Shown one piece after another: positions 63,431-64,000 of a DNA stretch of 64,000 nt (its first letter is position 1; the number at the start of each line of letters is the position of its first letter). Both the position numbers and the translations under genes were made by a program. This DNA comes from Camelus dromedarius (taxonomy: Eukaryota), in contig NC_087436.1 of NCBI RefSeq assembly GCF_036321535.1, positions 115,322,001-115,386,000 of the forward strand, written 5' to 3'. Under the pieces are notes generated by a model. That model worked only from the letters and a program-made list of their open reading frames with translations. It made no database searches and was not told where the DNA came from.

Positions 63431-64000
63431 GTTGAAATCCAGGAGCAAACTGTTTAAAAGTCTATGTTAGACACAGATCTAAGTTACAAACTCAAATTCG
63501 TACACACCAGCAATAAAATCAATAGTTTGATTTTCATCTAAACGATTTCACCCTCTATATCTTAATCAGTTCTGGACAATAGGAATAAGAAACAGGAATT
63601 TTACTTTGCGTCTTTGAAATGCCAACAATTAGGTCCTATATGAAATCTCTTATGGTGCTACAGAAAAATTGTAAGCCCGGACTTAGACACACTGAGTCCA
63701 GTCTGGTGGATACACACTGAAATTAAAATATTCCTTAACTTTCCTACCTGACTACAAGGGTTAATTAGGGTTATAAATGGGAAGAAGCTGGAGTGCTGTT
63801 GTCCCTTCCAGCATCATTCCTCCAACACCGCTGGAACTCCCTCCACATGCGTAAACACTCACTGGTCCCTTCTTTACATCCTAGGCATGGAGTCCAAGTG
63901 TAGTCATTTATATCTTATGTAACCTGTAACATTCCTTTGTGCAGGGGTTGGGTAGAGGAGTACCTGCCAAACGGATAGGCATTTTGAAACTTTAATTCTT

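Noticed and set aside
63863..63963. Possible minus-strand exon bounded by CAG and GTGAGT
   Set aside because: All three frames contain stops and the acceptor pyrimidine tract is weak, so it is not supportable as a coding exon.
1..64000. Prokaryote-type systems (operons, CRISPR arrays, defence islands)
   Set aside because: The sequence is clearly mammalian and lacks long ORFs or regularly spaced repeat-spacer arrays.

Overview
This window is mammalian genomic DNA, most likely from a camelid, judged from two tRNA-derived SINEs with the camelid Vic-1-type head and tail. It is repeat-rich intergenic sequence. A large part consists of old eutherian transposon relics: L1M/L1MC/L1ME fragments, L2, MIR, MLT1, LTR33/40-like and MER21-like LTRs, hAT MITEs, and a decayed two-LTR ERV-L provirus (LTR16 type) at about 48.1-52.9 kb. 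A few younger insertions with target-site duplications (TSDs) are also present. Between the repeats lie several repeat-free, motif-rich blocks that look like cis-regulatory elements, but conservation cannot be verified here. No protein-coding exon can be supported with confidence, and almost all listed ORFs are chance or microsatellite-derived. The only gene-like signal is a minus-strand 3' end (AATAAA, 14 nt, then A16 at about 61.15 kb) preceded by 3'UTR-like sequence and an unidentified 115-codon open frame. I found no convincing previously undescribed biological system. The best leads are that transcript end, a palindromic CTCF-like site inside a MaLR LTR, a 16-bp-stem hairpin, a probable hAT transposase fossil and the ERV-L provirus. 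Repeat family names are recognised from memory and coordinates of old repeats are approximate.
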